Shown piece by piece: positions 50,455 through 61,000 of a stretch of 64,000 nucleotides of DNA. The DNA is from an uncultured delta proteobacterium. GTDB lineage: Bacteria; Desulfobacterota; Binatia; Binatales; Binataceae. The stretch is taken from positions 1,312,001-1,376,000 of the forward strand of contig CAVXXK010000001.1 in the NCBI GenBank assembly GCA_963765675.1. Reading direction: 5' to 3'. A program made the translations under genes and the position numbers. The notes beneath the pieces are model-generated. The model was not told the origin of the DNA and did not search any database. It saw only the letters and a list, made by a program, of their open reading frames with translations. The stretch's first letter is position 1. Every line of letters begins with the position of its first letter.

Positions 50455-51893
50455 CACGCCGCCGCTTAAGTTTCACTCTTTGCGCCCTCGCGATCGCCGC
50501 CGCAGCGCCGATGCTGTTAGCTGCCAGCCGCGCGCACGCCGAGTCCGTATCGCCCGCGATCCCGTTCGATCAATCGCTCAACCTTGCGTGGGTGCTGATC
50601 GCCGGGTTTCTCGTGATGTTCATGCAGGTCGGCTTTGCGATGGTCGAAACCGGTTTCACGCGATCGAAAAACGCGGTCAACACAATGGCGATGAACCTGA
50701 TCATCTATCCGATCTGCGTGATCGGATTCTGGCTCACCGGCTATGGGTTCATGATGGGCGGCGTACATGAGTGGCCCTCGCTCGGTTCGGCCCAGATTGG
50801 GCATCACGAACTCGCGCTCACGATCGGCAGCCATGCATGGGGGATCCTGGGCTTCAGCAAATTCTCTCTCGCCAGCGTCAGCCACGATCCCACGAGCCTC
50901 GCGATGTTTTTGTTCGCGGTCGTGTTCATGGACACCGCCGCGACTATCCCGACCGGCGCGATGGCCGAGCGGTGGAAGTTCTCCGCGTTTTTCATTTACG
51001 GATTTTTCATCTCGATGTTCCTGTATCCGCTATATGGCAACTGGGTGTGGGGCGGAGGATGGCTCTCGCAGCTCGGCGTCAACCTGGGCCTGGGACACGG
51101 CCACGTCGATTTCGCCGGCTCATCGGTGGTTCACATGACGGGCGGAGTAGTCGCGCTGGCCGGAGTGATCGTGCTCGGGCCGCGCATCGGAAGATTTCGG
51201 CGCGACGGCGCTATCGGCGCGCTTCCCGGACACAACCTGCCGATGGCGGTAGTGGGAACGCTGATCCTGGCCTTCGGATGGTTCGGGTTCAACGCCGGCT
51301 CAACGCTGGCCGCGACCGACTCGCGGATCGGCGTGATCGCGGTGAACACGATGCTCTCGTCGTCGTCGGGAGCGCTCGCCGCGCTCATCTACCTGTGGCA
51401 TCGCTACAAAAAGCCGGACATCGCGATGGCGTGCAACGGCCTGCTCGGCGGATTGGTCGCGATCACGGCGCCGTGCGCATTCGTTACTCCGTCGGCGGCG
51501 GTATTGATCGGGATCATCGCGGGACTCGTGGTGGTCGCGGCGGTGATCGAGCTCGAGCGGCGCTTCAGGCTCGACGATCCGGTCGGAGCGATCGCGGTGC
51601 ACGGCGCGTGCGGATTATGGGGATCGCTCGCGCTCGGAATCTTTGCCGACGGCAGCTACGGCGAGGGATGGAACGCGGTGGCGGGTCCCGTGCGGGGCCT
51701 GCTCTACGGCGACCCCGGGCAATTCGTTGCTCAGCTTATCGGTGTCACCGTGAACATCGTCGTGATATTCGGACTAGCATGGATCTTCTTCACCATAATC
51801 GAGCGAACGATGGGAAATAGGGTGTTGGCGGAAGTGGAGTGGTCGGGGCTCGATGCGCTTGAAATGGGCAGCGAAGCATATCCGCACGTCTGA
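50451..51893 (+). CDS. amt: Ammonium transporter
   Basis: GAMAER, WVWGGGWL, DFAGSSVVH, WFGFNAGS, DDPVGAIAVHG; ATGA overlap with the kinase. Confidence 0.95.
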   Translation: MTRRRLSFTLCALAIAAAAPMLLAASRAHAESVSPAIPFDQSLNLAWVLIAGFLVMFMQVGFAMVETGFTRSKNAVNTMAMNLIIYPICVIGFWLTGYGFMMGGVHEWPSLGSAQIGHHELALTIGSHAWGILGFSKFSLASVSHDPTSLAMFLFAVVFMDTAATIPTGAMAERWKFSAFFIYGFFISMFLYPLYGNWVWGGGWLSQLGVNLGLGHGHVDFAGSSVVHMTGGVVALAGVIVLGPRIGRFRRDGAIGALPGHNLPMAVVGTLILAFGWFGFNAGSTLAATDSRIGVIAVNTMLSSSSGALAALIYLWHRYKKPDIAMACNGLLGGLVAITAPCAFVTPSAAVLIGIIAGLVVVAAVIELERRFRLDDPVGAIAVHGACGLWGSLALGIFADGSYGEGWNAVAGPVRGLLYGDPGQFVAQLIGVTVNIVVIFGLAWIFFTIIERTMGNRVLAEVEWSGLDALEMGSEAYPHV

Positions 51894-52779
51894 GCGGACG
51901 ATCGTCCGGATCGCGGCCGGATTGGCGATCGCACTGTGGATCGTGAGTTCGGCGGCTGCCGCGCACGCACAGGTCGGTGCGCGCGACTTTCCGGACACAC
52001 TGGTCACGCAGGATCCAGATCCCTCTAACGAACTGGATCTGCTGCCTGGAATGGCGAGCAGCAATGGCCAGAACAGTTTCTCGTTCTCCTTCGAGTTCGA
52101 GAAAAAGATCAGCGAGAACACCAGCATCCAGCTCTCCGAGGCGATCAACGATCCTCTGAGACGAAGGCTGCGCTCCAGCACCGGTCTATCGAACCTCCAG
52201 ATTCTGCCGAAGTGGGCATTCTTCGCGTCCGACGAGCATGAATTGAGACTCGCGATCGGTTTGCAGATCGATGCCCCGACTGGCGAAATCTCGGCCGGCG
52301 CCGACGGCCATACGCGCGGCGGACCTCTGCTGATGCTCGCAAAAGGAATGGGCGATCTGAGCTCGAAAGGTCCGCTGTTTTATCTGCGCCCGTTCGCGAT
52401 TCAGGCCGACGCCGGATATGTGCCGACCTGGAATGGCTACGAGAGCGATCTCGGGGAGGCGGACGTGGCGCTGTCGTACTCGATGCCATACCTGGCGGCG
52501 TCGGAAGATTCCGTTTTGCGCGTACCGATCATTTCGCGGCTGGTGCCGATCGTCGAGTTCAACTATCAGCAAATCCTCGACGGACGCGCTAACAAGACGC
52601 CGCCAGAATTCCTGATCACGCCGGAGCTCGGCTACCAGTCCGATGCGTATCAGATCACGGTCGGCGGACAGTTCGGGCTAAATGGATACGGTCAAAGCCA
52701 GGAAAAGTCGGCGATAGTCGGAATGCTAAGTCTCTACCTGACCCATTTCATCCCCGAGCTGCGCTGGACCCCGTTCTGA
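51853..52779 (+). CDS. Hypothetical secreted protein, possibly an outer-membrane beta-barrel
   Basis: Signal peptide ending AAAHA-Q, amphipathic beta-strand pattern, C-terminal Phe; start uncertain. Confidence 0.65.
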   Translation: MRLKWAAKHIRTSERTIVRIAAGLAIALWIVSSAAAAHAQVGARDFPDTLVTQDPDPSNELDLLPGMASSNGQNSFSFSFEFEKKISENTSIQLSEAINDPLRRRLRSSTGLSNLQILPKWAFFASDEHELRLAIGLQIDAPTGEISAGADGHTRGGPLLMLAKGMGDLSSKGPLFYLRPFAIQADAGYVPTWNGYESDLGEADVALSYSMPYLAASEDSVLRVPIISRLVPIVEFNYQQILDGRANKTPPEFLITPELGYQSDAYQITVGGQFGLNGYGQSQEKSAIVGMLSLYLTHFIPELRWTPF

Positions 52780-52870
52780 AAGCGGCGCGAGACTTGACGC
52801 CGATTTCCTGCATCTGCGATAGCAATTTCATAACAACGCATTTCGCGCGAGCGCACGGAGGGTTGGTTTC

Positions 52871-53677
52871 ATGGCCTACAGCGATATTCTTTATGAAAAG
52901 CACGACAAAATCGCGACGATAACGATCAATCGTCCGCATGCGATGAATTCCGGCACGATTCGGACCTGGGCCGAGATCGGCCAGGCGTTCGGCGAAGCCG
53001 AGCACGACGCATCGGTGCACGTGGTCGTGATCACCGGAGCGGGCCGCGCATTTTGTGCCGGCGACGACGTAAAGGAAATTTTCCTCAATCCCGAATTTCG
53101 CGACGCCAAGCCCTCCAAGCGCACCGAGGTCGAGGAGTGGCGCACGCATCAGCCGGTCGCGCTGGATTTCCTCGTCACCTACCCGAAGCCGACCATCGCG
53201 TCGGTCAACGGCGCCGCCGTCGGCTACGGATGCGATATCGCGCTGATGTGCGACATGCGTATCTGCTCGGACCAGGCGCGCTTTGGCGAGGTCTTCATCC
53301 GCCGCGGCTTGATTCCCGAAGCGGGCGGCTTGCTTGTGCTGCCGCGCCTGGTCGGTCTTGCGCGCGCGTACGAGCTGATCTTGAGCGGTGACATTATCGA
53401 CGCGAACGAAGCCGAGCGAATCGGGATGGTGAACAAGGTCGTGCCGCACGCGCAGCTCGGCGAGGCGACGGCGGCGTTCGCACAGAAGATCGCAGCGCAG
53501 GCGCCCTTGGCGCAGCGCCTTGCCAAGGAAGCGTTGCGGGTCGGCTTGAATCTTAATCTGCCATATTTTTTCGACTATCAGCGCCATGGACAGAGAATGA
53601 TGCTAACCTCGCAAGATCATTTGGAAGGCGCCAAGTCGTTCGTCGAGAAGCGCGCCGCCAATTTCAAGGGAGAATAG
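52871..53677 (+). CDS. Enoyl-CoA hydratase/isomerase family protein
   Basis: ITINRP, AFCAGDD, PKPTIASVNGAAVGYG. Confidence 0.93.
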   Translation: MAYSDILYEKHDKIATITINRPHAMNSGTIRTWAEIGQAFGEAEHDASVHVVVITGAGRAFCAGDDVKEIFLNPEFRDAKPSKRTEVEEWRTHQPVALDFLVTYPKPTIASVNGAAVGYGCDIALMCDMRICSDQARFGEVFIRRGLIPEAGGLLVLPRLVGLARAYELILSGDIIDANEAERIGMVNKVVPHAQLGEATAAFAQKIAAQAPLAQRLAKEALRVGLNLNLPYFFDYQRHGQRMMLTSQDHLEGAKSFVEKRAANFKGE

Positions 53678-53710
53678 TTAGTTCGTAGCATTTCGGGAGG
53701 ACCGGGGAAG

Positions 53711-55927
53711 ATGAAGGGTCGGGATTTGTGCGTTATCGCATTCGTATTCGTTTGTGCGGCATGTGGTGGAAGTTCAGGAGGGAGCAGCGGCGGACCGAAA
53801 CCGCAGCCGATCAACCAGACAGTTCAAGTCCCCGGCCTGATGACGACCGGCCGATTCACCAAGGCGGTAACGCTCACTTCCGGTGACGTGCTCGAGGTGG
53901 CAGGCTTCGGCTCGCTTCAGGCCGTCATTCTCGCGTCCAGCGAGATCTATCATCCGCAGACGGACACCTTTTCCGTGGTCTCGAATCAATTGCCAATCCC
54001 GGCCACTCGGCTGTGCCTCGCGGCGTTAAACGACGGCACCGCGCTTGAGATCGGCGGCCAGGGCAGCAATGGCAACGCCCTGCTGCAGACCGAGGTTTAC
54101 AATCCCGCGTCCAACAGCTTCGCGCCAACCACTGGCGCAATGAACGATGCCCGCTACGGATGCACCGCCACGACGCTTTCAGATGGAACCGTGCTGATCG
54201 CAGGAGGCAACGACAGTTCCGGCGACGGCATCGACACTGCCGAGATTTACGATCCTGCCTCGGGAACTTTCTCGTACACGGGCGATATGCTCTCGCCGCG
54301 CTCGTTCCATTCCGCGGTGCTGTTGGCCAGCGGCGAGGTTTTGCTCGCGGGCGGCCTGAATGGGACTACCCTGCTCTCCAGCGCCGAGCTTTACGATCCC
54401 ACGAGCAAAACGTTTACCGCGACCGCGGGTCCACTCAACACCGCCCGCGAAGATTTTGGGGCGGTTCTCCTGAGCGACGGGCGCGTGCTTCTGGCCGGAG
54501 GGGCGGGCGCGGCGGGAAGCCTCGACACGGCGGAGCTGTACGACCCCAACGCTTCAACCTTCAGCTTCACCGCAAACAATATGAGTGACGCGAGAAGAAC
54601 GCCGTCGGTCGCGGCGCTTTCCAATGGAAATGCGATCGTTGGGGGCGGAAGCAGCAGCTTTCCGAATCAGACCCCGATCGCCAGTTGCGATTTGTTCGAC
54701 GCAGCCAACAATACTTTCTCGCCAACCGCTCCGCTCCATATTGGGCGGATGGAGGCGGCCGCCGTGGTTTTGCCCGGCGGCTCGCCGCTAATTCTTGGCG
54801 GGATTGACTTTCAGGGAACCTCCGGCGGGAACTACGAACCTAGCGGAGAAATCTACGATCCGACCGCTGCAACTTTCACCGTGACAGGCGGCCTCAACTC
54901 GCTTCGGATCGCGTACGCGTCGGCGCGGCTCGACAATGGCGAAGTCCTCATCGCGGGCGGCGCCACCCAGAGCGGGCCGCTCGCGACGGCTGAGGTGTTT
55001 GATCCCTCGACGGGGTATTTCACACCCACCGCGAACAATCTGGACGTAGCCCGCGTATCGCTGAACGCGGTCACGCTTCCCAGCGGCAAGGTGTTGATCG
55101 ACGGAGGCAGCACGGGCACCACCGCCGAGCTCTTCGATCCGGCGACCATGAGCTTTGCGCTCACCGGCTCGATGACCGCGGCACGCTCCGTGGCGACGGC
55201 GACACTGCTTAACGATGGCACGGTTCTGATCGCTGGCGGACTCGATCTGGGCGGCGACTCGCTCGATACGGCGGAGATCTATAATCCGAAAACCGCAACC
55301 TTCACCGCGACCAGCGGGGTGATGACGACGCCGCGCGCACTCCACACTGCGACATTGCTCAAGAATGGTGAAGTGCTGCTCGCAGGCGGCAGCACCAGCT
55401 CCGATTTTTCCGACGTACTCGATACCGCGGAAATCTACAATCCCAAGACTCAGACGTTTACCGCAACTGCCGGAACGATGACCTCGCTGCGTGCGAGCGC
55501 GACCGCAAATCTGCTCAAAAACGGCCAGGTTCTGATTGCCGGCGGAGCGATCGCCAACGGCAGCTCGCTCGCCAGCGCCGAGTTGTTCGATCCGGCGACC
55601 GGCCAGTTCACGGCGACTTCGGGATCGATGAGCAATTCGCGCGTCTTCCAGTCCTCGGTCAGTTTGCCGAATGGAGAAGTAATGATCGCGGGCGGAAGTA
55701 TCGGGACATTCAGCGGAGTGATCTCATACACATCGGTGGCTACCGTGGATTTTTACGATCCATCATCGCAACAGTTCGTTCCAGCGGTACCGATGATCTC
55801 GCCACGCGATTTCTTTGTCGCCACTTTGCTGACCTCGGGAAAAGTATTGCTTCCCGCAGGCCGGGTAACCAGCCCGACGGGTGTCGGTACCGCGGCGCTC
55901 GAGACCGCCGAGATTTACACGCCGTAA
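53711..55927 (+). CDS. Kelch-repeat lipoprotein (14 repeats)
   Basis: Lipobox-like CAA-C; 14 repeats of R...L.dG.VLIaGG...aE(I/L)(Y/F)dP. Confidence 0.85.
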   Translation: MKGRDLCVIAFVFVCAACGGSSGGSSGGPKPQPINQTVQVPGLMTTGRFTKAVTLTSGDVLEVAGFGSLQAVILASSEIYHPQTDTFSVVSNQLPIPATRLCLAALNDGTALEIGGQGSNGNALLQTEVYNPASNSFAPTTGAMNDARYGCTATTLSDGTVLIAGGNDSSGDGIDTAEIYDPASGTFSYTGDMLSPRSFHSAVLLASGEVLLAGGLNGTTLLSSAELYDPTSKTFTATAGPLNTAREDFGAVLLSDGRVLLAGGAGAAGSLDTAELYDPNASTFSFTANNMSDARRTPSVAALSNGNAIVGGGSSSFPNQTPIASCDLFDAANNTFSPTAPLHIGRMEAAAVVLPGGSPLILGGIDFQGTSGGNYEPSGEIYDPTAATFTVTGGLNSLRIAYASARLDNGEVLIAGGATQSGPLATAEVFDPSTGYFTPTANNLDVARVSLNAVTLPSGKVLIDGGSTGTTAELFDPATMSFALTGSMTAARSVATATLLNDGTVLIAGGLDLGGDSLDTAEIYNPKTATFTATSGVMTTPRALHTATLLKNGEVLLAGGSTSSDFSDVLDTAEIYNPKTQTFTATAGTMTSLRASATANLLKNGQVLIAGGAIANGSSLASAELFDPATGQFTATSGSMSNSRVFQSSVSLPNGEVMIAGGSIGTFSGVISYTSVATVDFYDPSSQQFVPAVPMISPRDFFVATLLTSGKVLLPAGRVTSPTGVGTAALETAEIYTP

Positions 55928-55930
55928 CTG

Positions 55931-57158
55931 ATGAGGAACGCCATGAATCGACGGACTCTACTCGCGCTCGTACTCCCTCTGATCGTTGCGGCATCCGCAC
56001 CAGCGTATGCGGCAGAATCCGCGGCGGTCGCGAAGCGCGCGGCGATTCTGGCGCCGGCCAATCGCGCCCAGGCGTTTCGCACCATGGATCAGGTATTCCC
56101 CTATCACGTCATTGCGCGGGGCGGACCGGTCGCCGCGTTGCCGGGCGGGGGACAAAAGCTAGAAGTCGTCTACAATTTCAAGGGCAAGCGCCGGACTCTG
56201 GACGATTTACTCACGCGCTCGCGCACTCAGGGGTTCCTGGTAATCAAGGACGGCACGATCGTCGATGAGCGTTACTTCAATGGCGCTGACGGCAATACCA
56301 AGTTCACTTCGTGGTCGGTCGCCAAGTCCTTCACCTCGACGCTGGTCGGCCTTGCGCTGGCCGACGGCAAGATCAAAAGCCTCGATGATCCGGTGACCGA
56401 TTATCTTCCCGAGCTGAAAGGCTCAGGTTACGACGGGGTACCGATCAAAGATCTTCTGGAAATGTCGTCCGGAGTGAAGTTCACCGAGGACTACGGCGAC
56501 AACAAGTCCGACGTCCAGATCATGTGGAACAAGACCATGACGCAGCAGTCGGAGACTCTCGACGAGTACGCGAAGACGCTGCGGCCGCGCCGAAAAGCCC
56601 GGCACCAAGTTCGTCTATCGCAGTGTCGATACTGCTGTGCTCGGGCTACTCGTCAAGCGCGTGACTGGTATGCCGATGGCCACGATGCTGTCGGAACGTA
56701 TCTGGAAGCCACTCGGGATGGAGCAGGACGCGACCTGGCTCACCGACGGCCCGGGACCAGACGCAACCGAGGCTGGCTATTGCTGTATCAATGCGACCCT
56801 GCGCGACTACGGCCGCTTCGGATTGCTGTTTTTGCACGACGGTAAAATTGGCGACAAGCAGATTGTTCCCGCGTCGTGGATCAAGGCCGCGACCAATCCG
56901 CAAGGTCCGCAAGTCGGATGGGGCAAATTGTTCCCGGGAGATCCTGGCGCATACGGTTATCAGTGGTGGCTCATCTATCCGGGTGAAGGCCACGCCTACT
57001 CCGCTGAGGGTGTGTTCTTTCAGTTCATCTATGTGAGCCCCAAGTACAACATGGTGATCGTCAAGACCAGCGCGTACGATGATTTCTGGGATGATCAACT
57101 TGGTATTGAGCAACTCGTCGCGTTCGACGCAATCGGGCAGGTTCTGAGTAAGCACTGA
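55931..57158 (+). CDS. Secreted serine hydrolase (beta-lactamase class C / NylB-like), +1 frameshift near 56585
   Basis: SVAK in the first frame; PGTKFVYRS, IWKPLGM and YGYQWW in the +1 frame. Confidence 0.85.
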
Positions 57159-57410
57159 GCGCGCGAGCTTCGCCGTCTGCCACTCTCAGCGCGTCGCAAA
57201 CAGCAGTGTCAATTTGCGCGTCATTGCGTCTCGTATCTCGCAACTTAATGCCATAGGTAACATGTCGGAGCAGATAGACTTCCAGCCTATCAGGCGCAAT
57301 TTGCGCAGCGATTAGTGAGGCAGAGAGGCGTCGGTGCCTCAAGGAAATCGGATCGGCGGGCTCTGTATTGCATAAAATAATGTTTTATTGATGTTCACCC
57401 TTTGTTATCC

Positions 57411-57439
57411 TTGACACAATCCTGTTTTCCCATTACCTT
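57411..57439 (+). promoter_or_regulatory. Sigma70 promoter of lrp-gltB-gltD
   Basis: TTGACA-N17-TACCTT with an AT-rich upstream tract. Confidence 0.65.
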
Positions 57440-57465
57440 CGTCAAATCCCAGTGAGGATTGCCTT

Positions 57466-58032
57466 ATGAAATTAGGTGGCGATATTCCCGAGCTCGACGC
57501 CATCGACCTGCAGATTCTGAACATCCTGCAGAACAACGGCCGAATTGCGCATGTCAAGCTCGCCGAACAGGTTGGACTCTCCGCGCCGTCGGTGATCGAA
57601 CGCGTCAAGAAGCTCGAAGACAGCGGCGTCATCTGCGGCTATCACGCCGCGCTCGATGCGCGCCGTCTCGCCAAGGACGTGACCGCATTCATCGGCGTCT
57701 CGATCGCGCATCCGAAAACTATCAGGCTCTTCGAACAGAGCGTCGATCTGCTCGACGACGTTCTTGAGTGTCATCACGTCACGGGTCAGCACACGATTCT
57801 CCTGAAGATCAAAACCGACAACACTTCGTCGCTCGAGCGGCTCATCAGCGCGATCCGCTCGATCGAGGGAGTGGCGCGGACGGAGACGATGGTGGTGCTT
57901 TCGACCCATACCGAGCGCAGCCAGATCGCGGTGCATTCCAACGGCGAGGCGACCGAGCCGGGCAACGGCCACGGCCGCCGCAGCCGTCACGCGCCGAAGC
58001 CGGTTGCGCTCCCTGACCCGAGACGGATGTGA
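57466..58032 (+). CDS. Lrp/AsnC family regulator
   Basis: LDAIDLQIL, LAEQVGLS, ECHHVTG, TETMVVL. Confidence 0.92.
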   Translation: MKLGGDIPELDAIDLQILNILQNNGRIAHVKLAEQVGLSAPSVIERVKKLEDSGVICGYHAALDARRLAKDVTAFIGVSIAHPKTIRLFEQSVDLLDDVLECHHVTGQHTILLKIKTDNTSSLERLISAIRSIEGVARTETMVVLSTHTERSQIAVHSNGEATEPGNGHGRRSRHAPKPVALPDPRRM

Positions 58033-58035
58033 GCC

Positions 58036-61000
58036 ATGCACAATCGGAGCAGTCTTCCCGAGCGCGAAGGCCTATATGATCCCGCACATGAGCACGACGC
58101 ATGCGGAGTCGGTTTCGTCGTCAACATAAAGGGCGAGCGTTCGCATGAGATCGTCGCGAAGGCACTGCAAGTCCTCGATAACCTGACGCATCGGGGCGCC
58201 TGCGGATGCGATCCGACCTCCGGCGACGGCGCCGGAGTGCTGGTTCAGATTCCCCACGAATTCTTGAAGCACGAAGCGATCAAATGTGGCTTCGATCTTC
58301 CGGCTCCTGGCAAATACGGAGTCGGCCAGGTTTTCCTGCCGCTCGAGGCCAACAAGCGCGCTGCGTGCGAAGCCGCCTTCGAGAAAATCGTGCGTGAGGA
58401 AGGGCAGCACGTCCTCGGATGGCGCACCGTCCCGGTAGTCCCCAGCGCGTGCGGCGAGATCGCGCGGCGCGGCCTGCCCGAGGTGCGGCAGGTGTTCATC
58501 GGACCCGGCGCCGGCGTCGCCGATCAAGAGGCGCTCGAGCGCAAGCTCTATGTAATCCGCAAGCGCGCGTTCCACGCGATCGAGTCTCTCGGGTTGGCAG
58601 GACAGGAGCTATTTTATTTCTGCTCGCTCTCCACCCTGACGATTGTTTACAAGGGCCAACTGATCTCGCATCAGATCCCGAAGTTCTATCCCGACTTGCT
58701 TGATCCTGCGTTCGCCAGCGCGCTCGCGATGGTGCATCAGCGCTTTTCGACCAACACCTTTCCGTCGTGGGATCGGGCGCATCCGTTCCGCTTCCTCTCT
58801 CACAACGGTGAGATAAATACGCTGCGTGGAAATGAAAACTGGATGCATGCGCGGCAGATGATGTTCTCGTCGCCGCTTTTCGGCGCGGATATCACCAAGC
58901 TGCCGCCGATCGTCGAGCCGACCCAGACCGACTCTGCCAAGTTCGACAACGTGCTCGAACTGCTGGTACGTACCGGGCGCCCGATCGCTCACGCTGTGAT
59001 GATGATGATCCCGGAGGCGTGGCAGAACGATCCGCTGATGAGCGCGAACAAGCGCGCGTTCTATGAATTTCACGCCTCGATGATGGAGCCGTGGGACGGC
59101 CCCGCCTCGATCGCTTTTACTGACGGCGTTCGAATCGGCGCGGTGCTCGATCGCAACGGCCTCCGTCCCTCGCGCTACCTCGTTACGAAGGACGGGCTGG
59201 TCGTAATGGCGTCGGAGACGGGCGTGCTCGATATCCCGCCCGAGCAGGTCGCGCGCAAGGGCCGCCTGCAACCCGGAAAGATGTTCCTGGTCGATACCGC
59301 TCTCGGGCGGATCGTTCAGGATGAGGAAATCAAGAACGGCTTTGCCGCGCGCCAGCCGTATCGCGCTTGGCTGGATGAAAATCTGATCAAGCTCGAAGAG
59401 CTGCCCGCGCCGCCGAGCGCACCCGCGATCGCCGGATTCGAGGGGATGGATCTGCTCAAGCAGCAGCAAGCCTTCGGCTACTCGATCGAGGATCTGAAAC
59501 TGATTCTCGCGCCGATGGCGGTGAATGCGCAGGAGCCGGTGGGCTCGATGGGCACCGACACGCCGCTTGCGGTGCTCTCGGACAAGGCGCCGCCGCTGTT
59601 CAACTACTTCAAGCAACTCTTTGCGCAGGTGACGAATCCACCGATCGATCCGATTCGCGAAGAATTGGTGACCTCGGCCGAAACGACGATCGGCTCCGAG
59701 CAGAACCTGTTCGAGGAGTCGCCGGCGCATTGCCGCCAGCTACGGCTCAAGACGCCCATCATCACCAACGAAGAACTCGAGCAGATTAAACGCCTGGCCG
59801 AGCCGGGCCTGCGCGCGATTACGCTGCCAACGCTGTTTCGGGTGTGCGACGGCGAAGCCGGCCTGCGCTCCGCGCTCGATGATTTGTGCGCCAAGGCGTC
59901 AAAAGCGATCGCGGACGGATTCACGATTATCGTGCTGTCGGATCGCGGAGTGAATTCCGAGTTCGCGGCGCTCCCGAGCCTGCTTGCGACGGCCGGCGTG
60001 CATCATCATCTGATTCGCGAGGGCACGCGCACGCGGTGCGGTATCGCGGTCGAATCCGGCGAGCCGCGCGAGGCGATGCATTGCTGCCTTCTCGCCGGAT
60101 ATGGTGCAGGCGCGATCAATCCCTACCTCGCGTACGCGACGCTTGCCGGGATGATCGAAGACGGACGCCTGCCTGATCTCGACGAGGACACCGCCGTCCA
60201 CAATTTCATCAAGGCTGCCACCAAGAGCATGATCAAGGTGGCGTCGAAGATGGGAATCTCTACGATTCAGAGCTATCGCGGCGCGCAAATCTTCGAAGCA
60301 ATCGGCCTCTGCCGCGAGGTGATCGACAAGTACTTCACCTGGACCGCCTCGCGCGTCGGCGGAGTCGGCCTCGATACGATCGCGCGCGAGACTTCTGCGC
60401 GTCATCGCCACGCATTCGAGATGCAACCGAATCTCGACGGCGAGCTCGACGCCGGCGGCTTCTACCAGTGGCGCCGCCGCGGCGAGTTCCATATGTACAA
60501 TCCCAACACGATCGCGAAGCTGCAGCATTCCGTGCGCTCCGGCAACTACCGGCTGTTCAAGGAATACTCGCGGCTGGTCGATGAGCAGAGCCGCAACCTC
60601 GCGACGCTGCGCTCGCTGCTTAAGTTCAAATTCGAGCGGCCGCCGGTTCCGATCGAGGAAGTCGAGCCGGCCACGGAGATCGTCAAGCGCTTCAAGACCG
60701 GCGCGATGTCATTTGGATCGATCGGCAAGGAAGCGCACGAAAATCTCGCGATCGCGATGAACCGGCTGGGGGGCAAGAGCAATACCGGCGAAGGCGGCGA
60801 AGATCCCGCCCGATTCGAGCCCGATCCAAATGGTGATTGGCGCCGTAGCGCGATCAAGCAGGTTGCATCGGCGCGCTTCGGAGTGACCAGCCACTATCTG
60901 GTCAACGCCGACGAGCTTCAGATTAAAATGGCTCAGGGAGCCAAGCCGGGAGAAGGCGGCCAACTGCCGGGACATAAGGTCGACGACTTCATCGCGAAGA

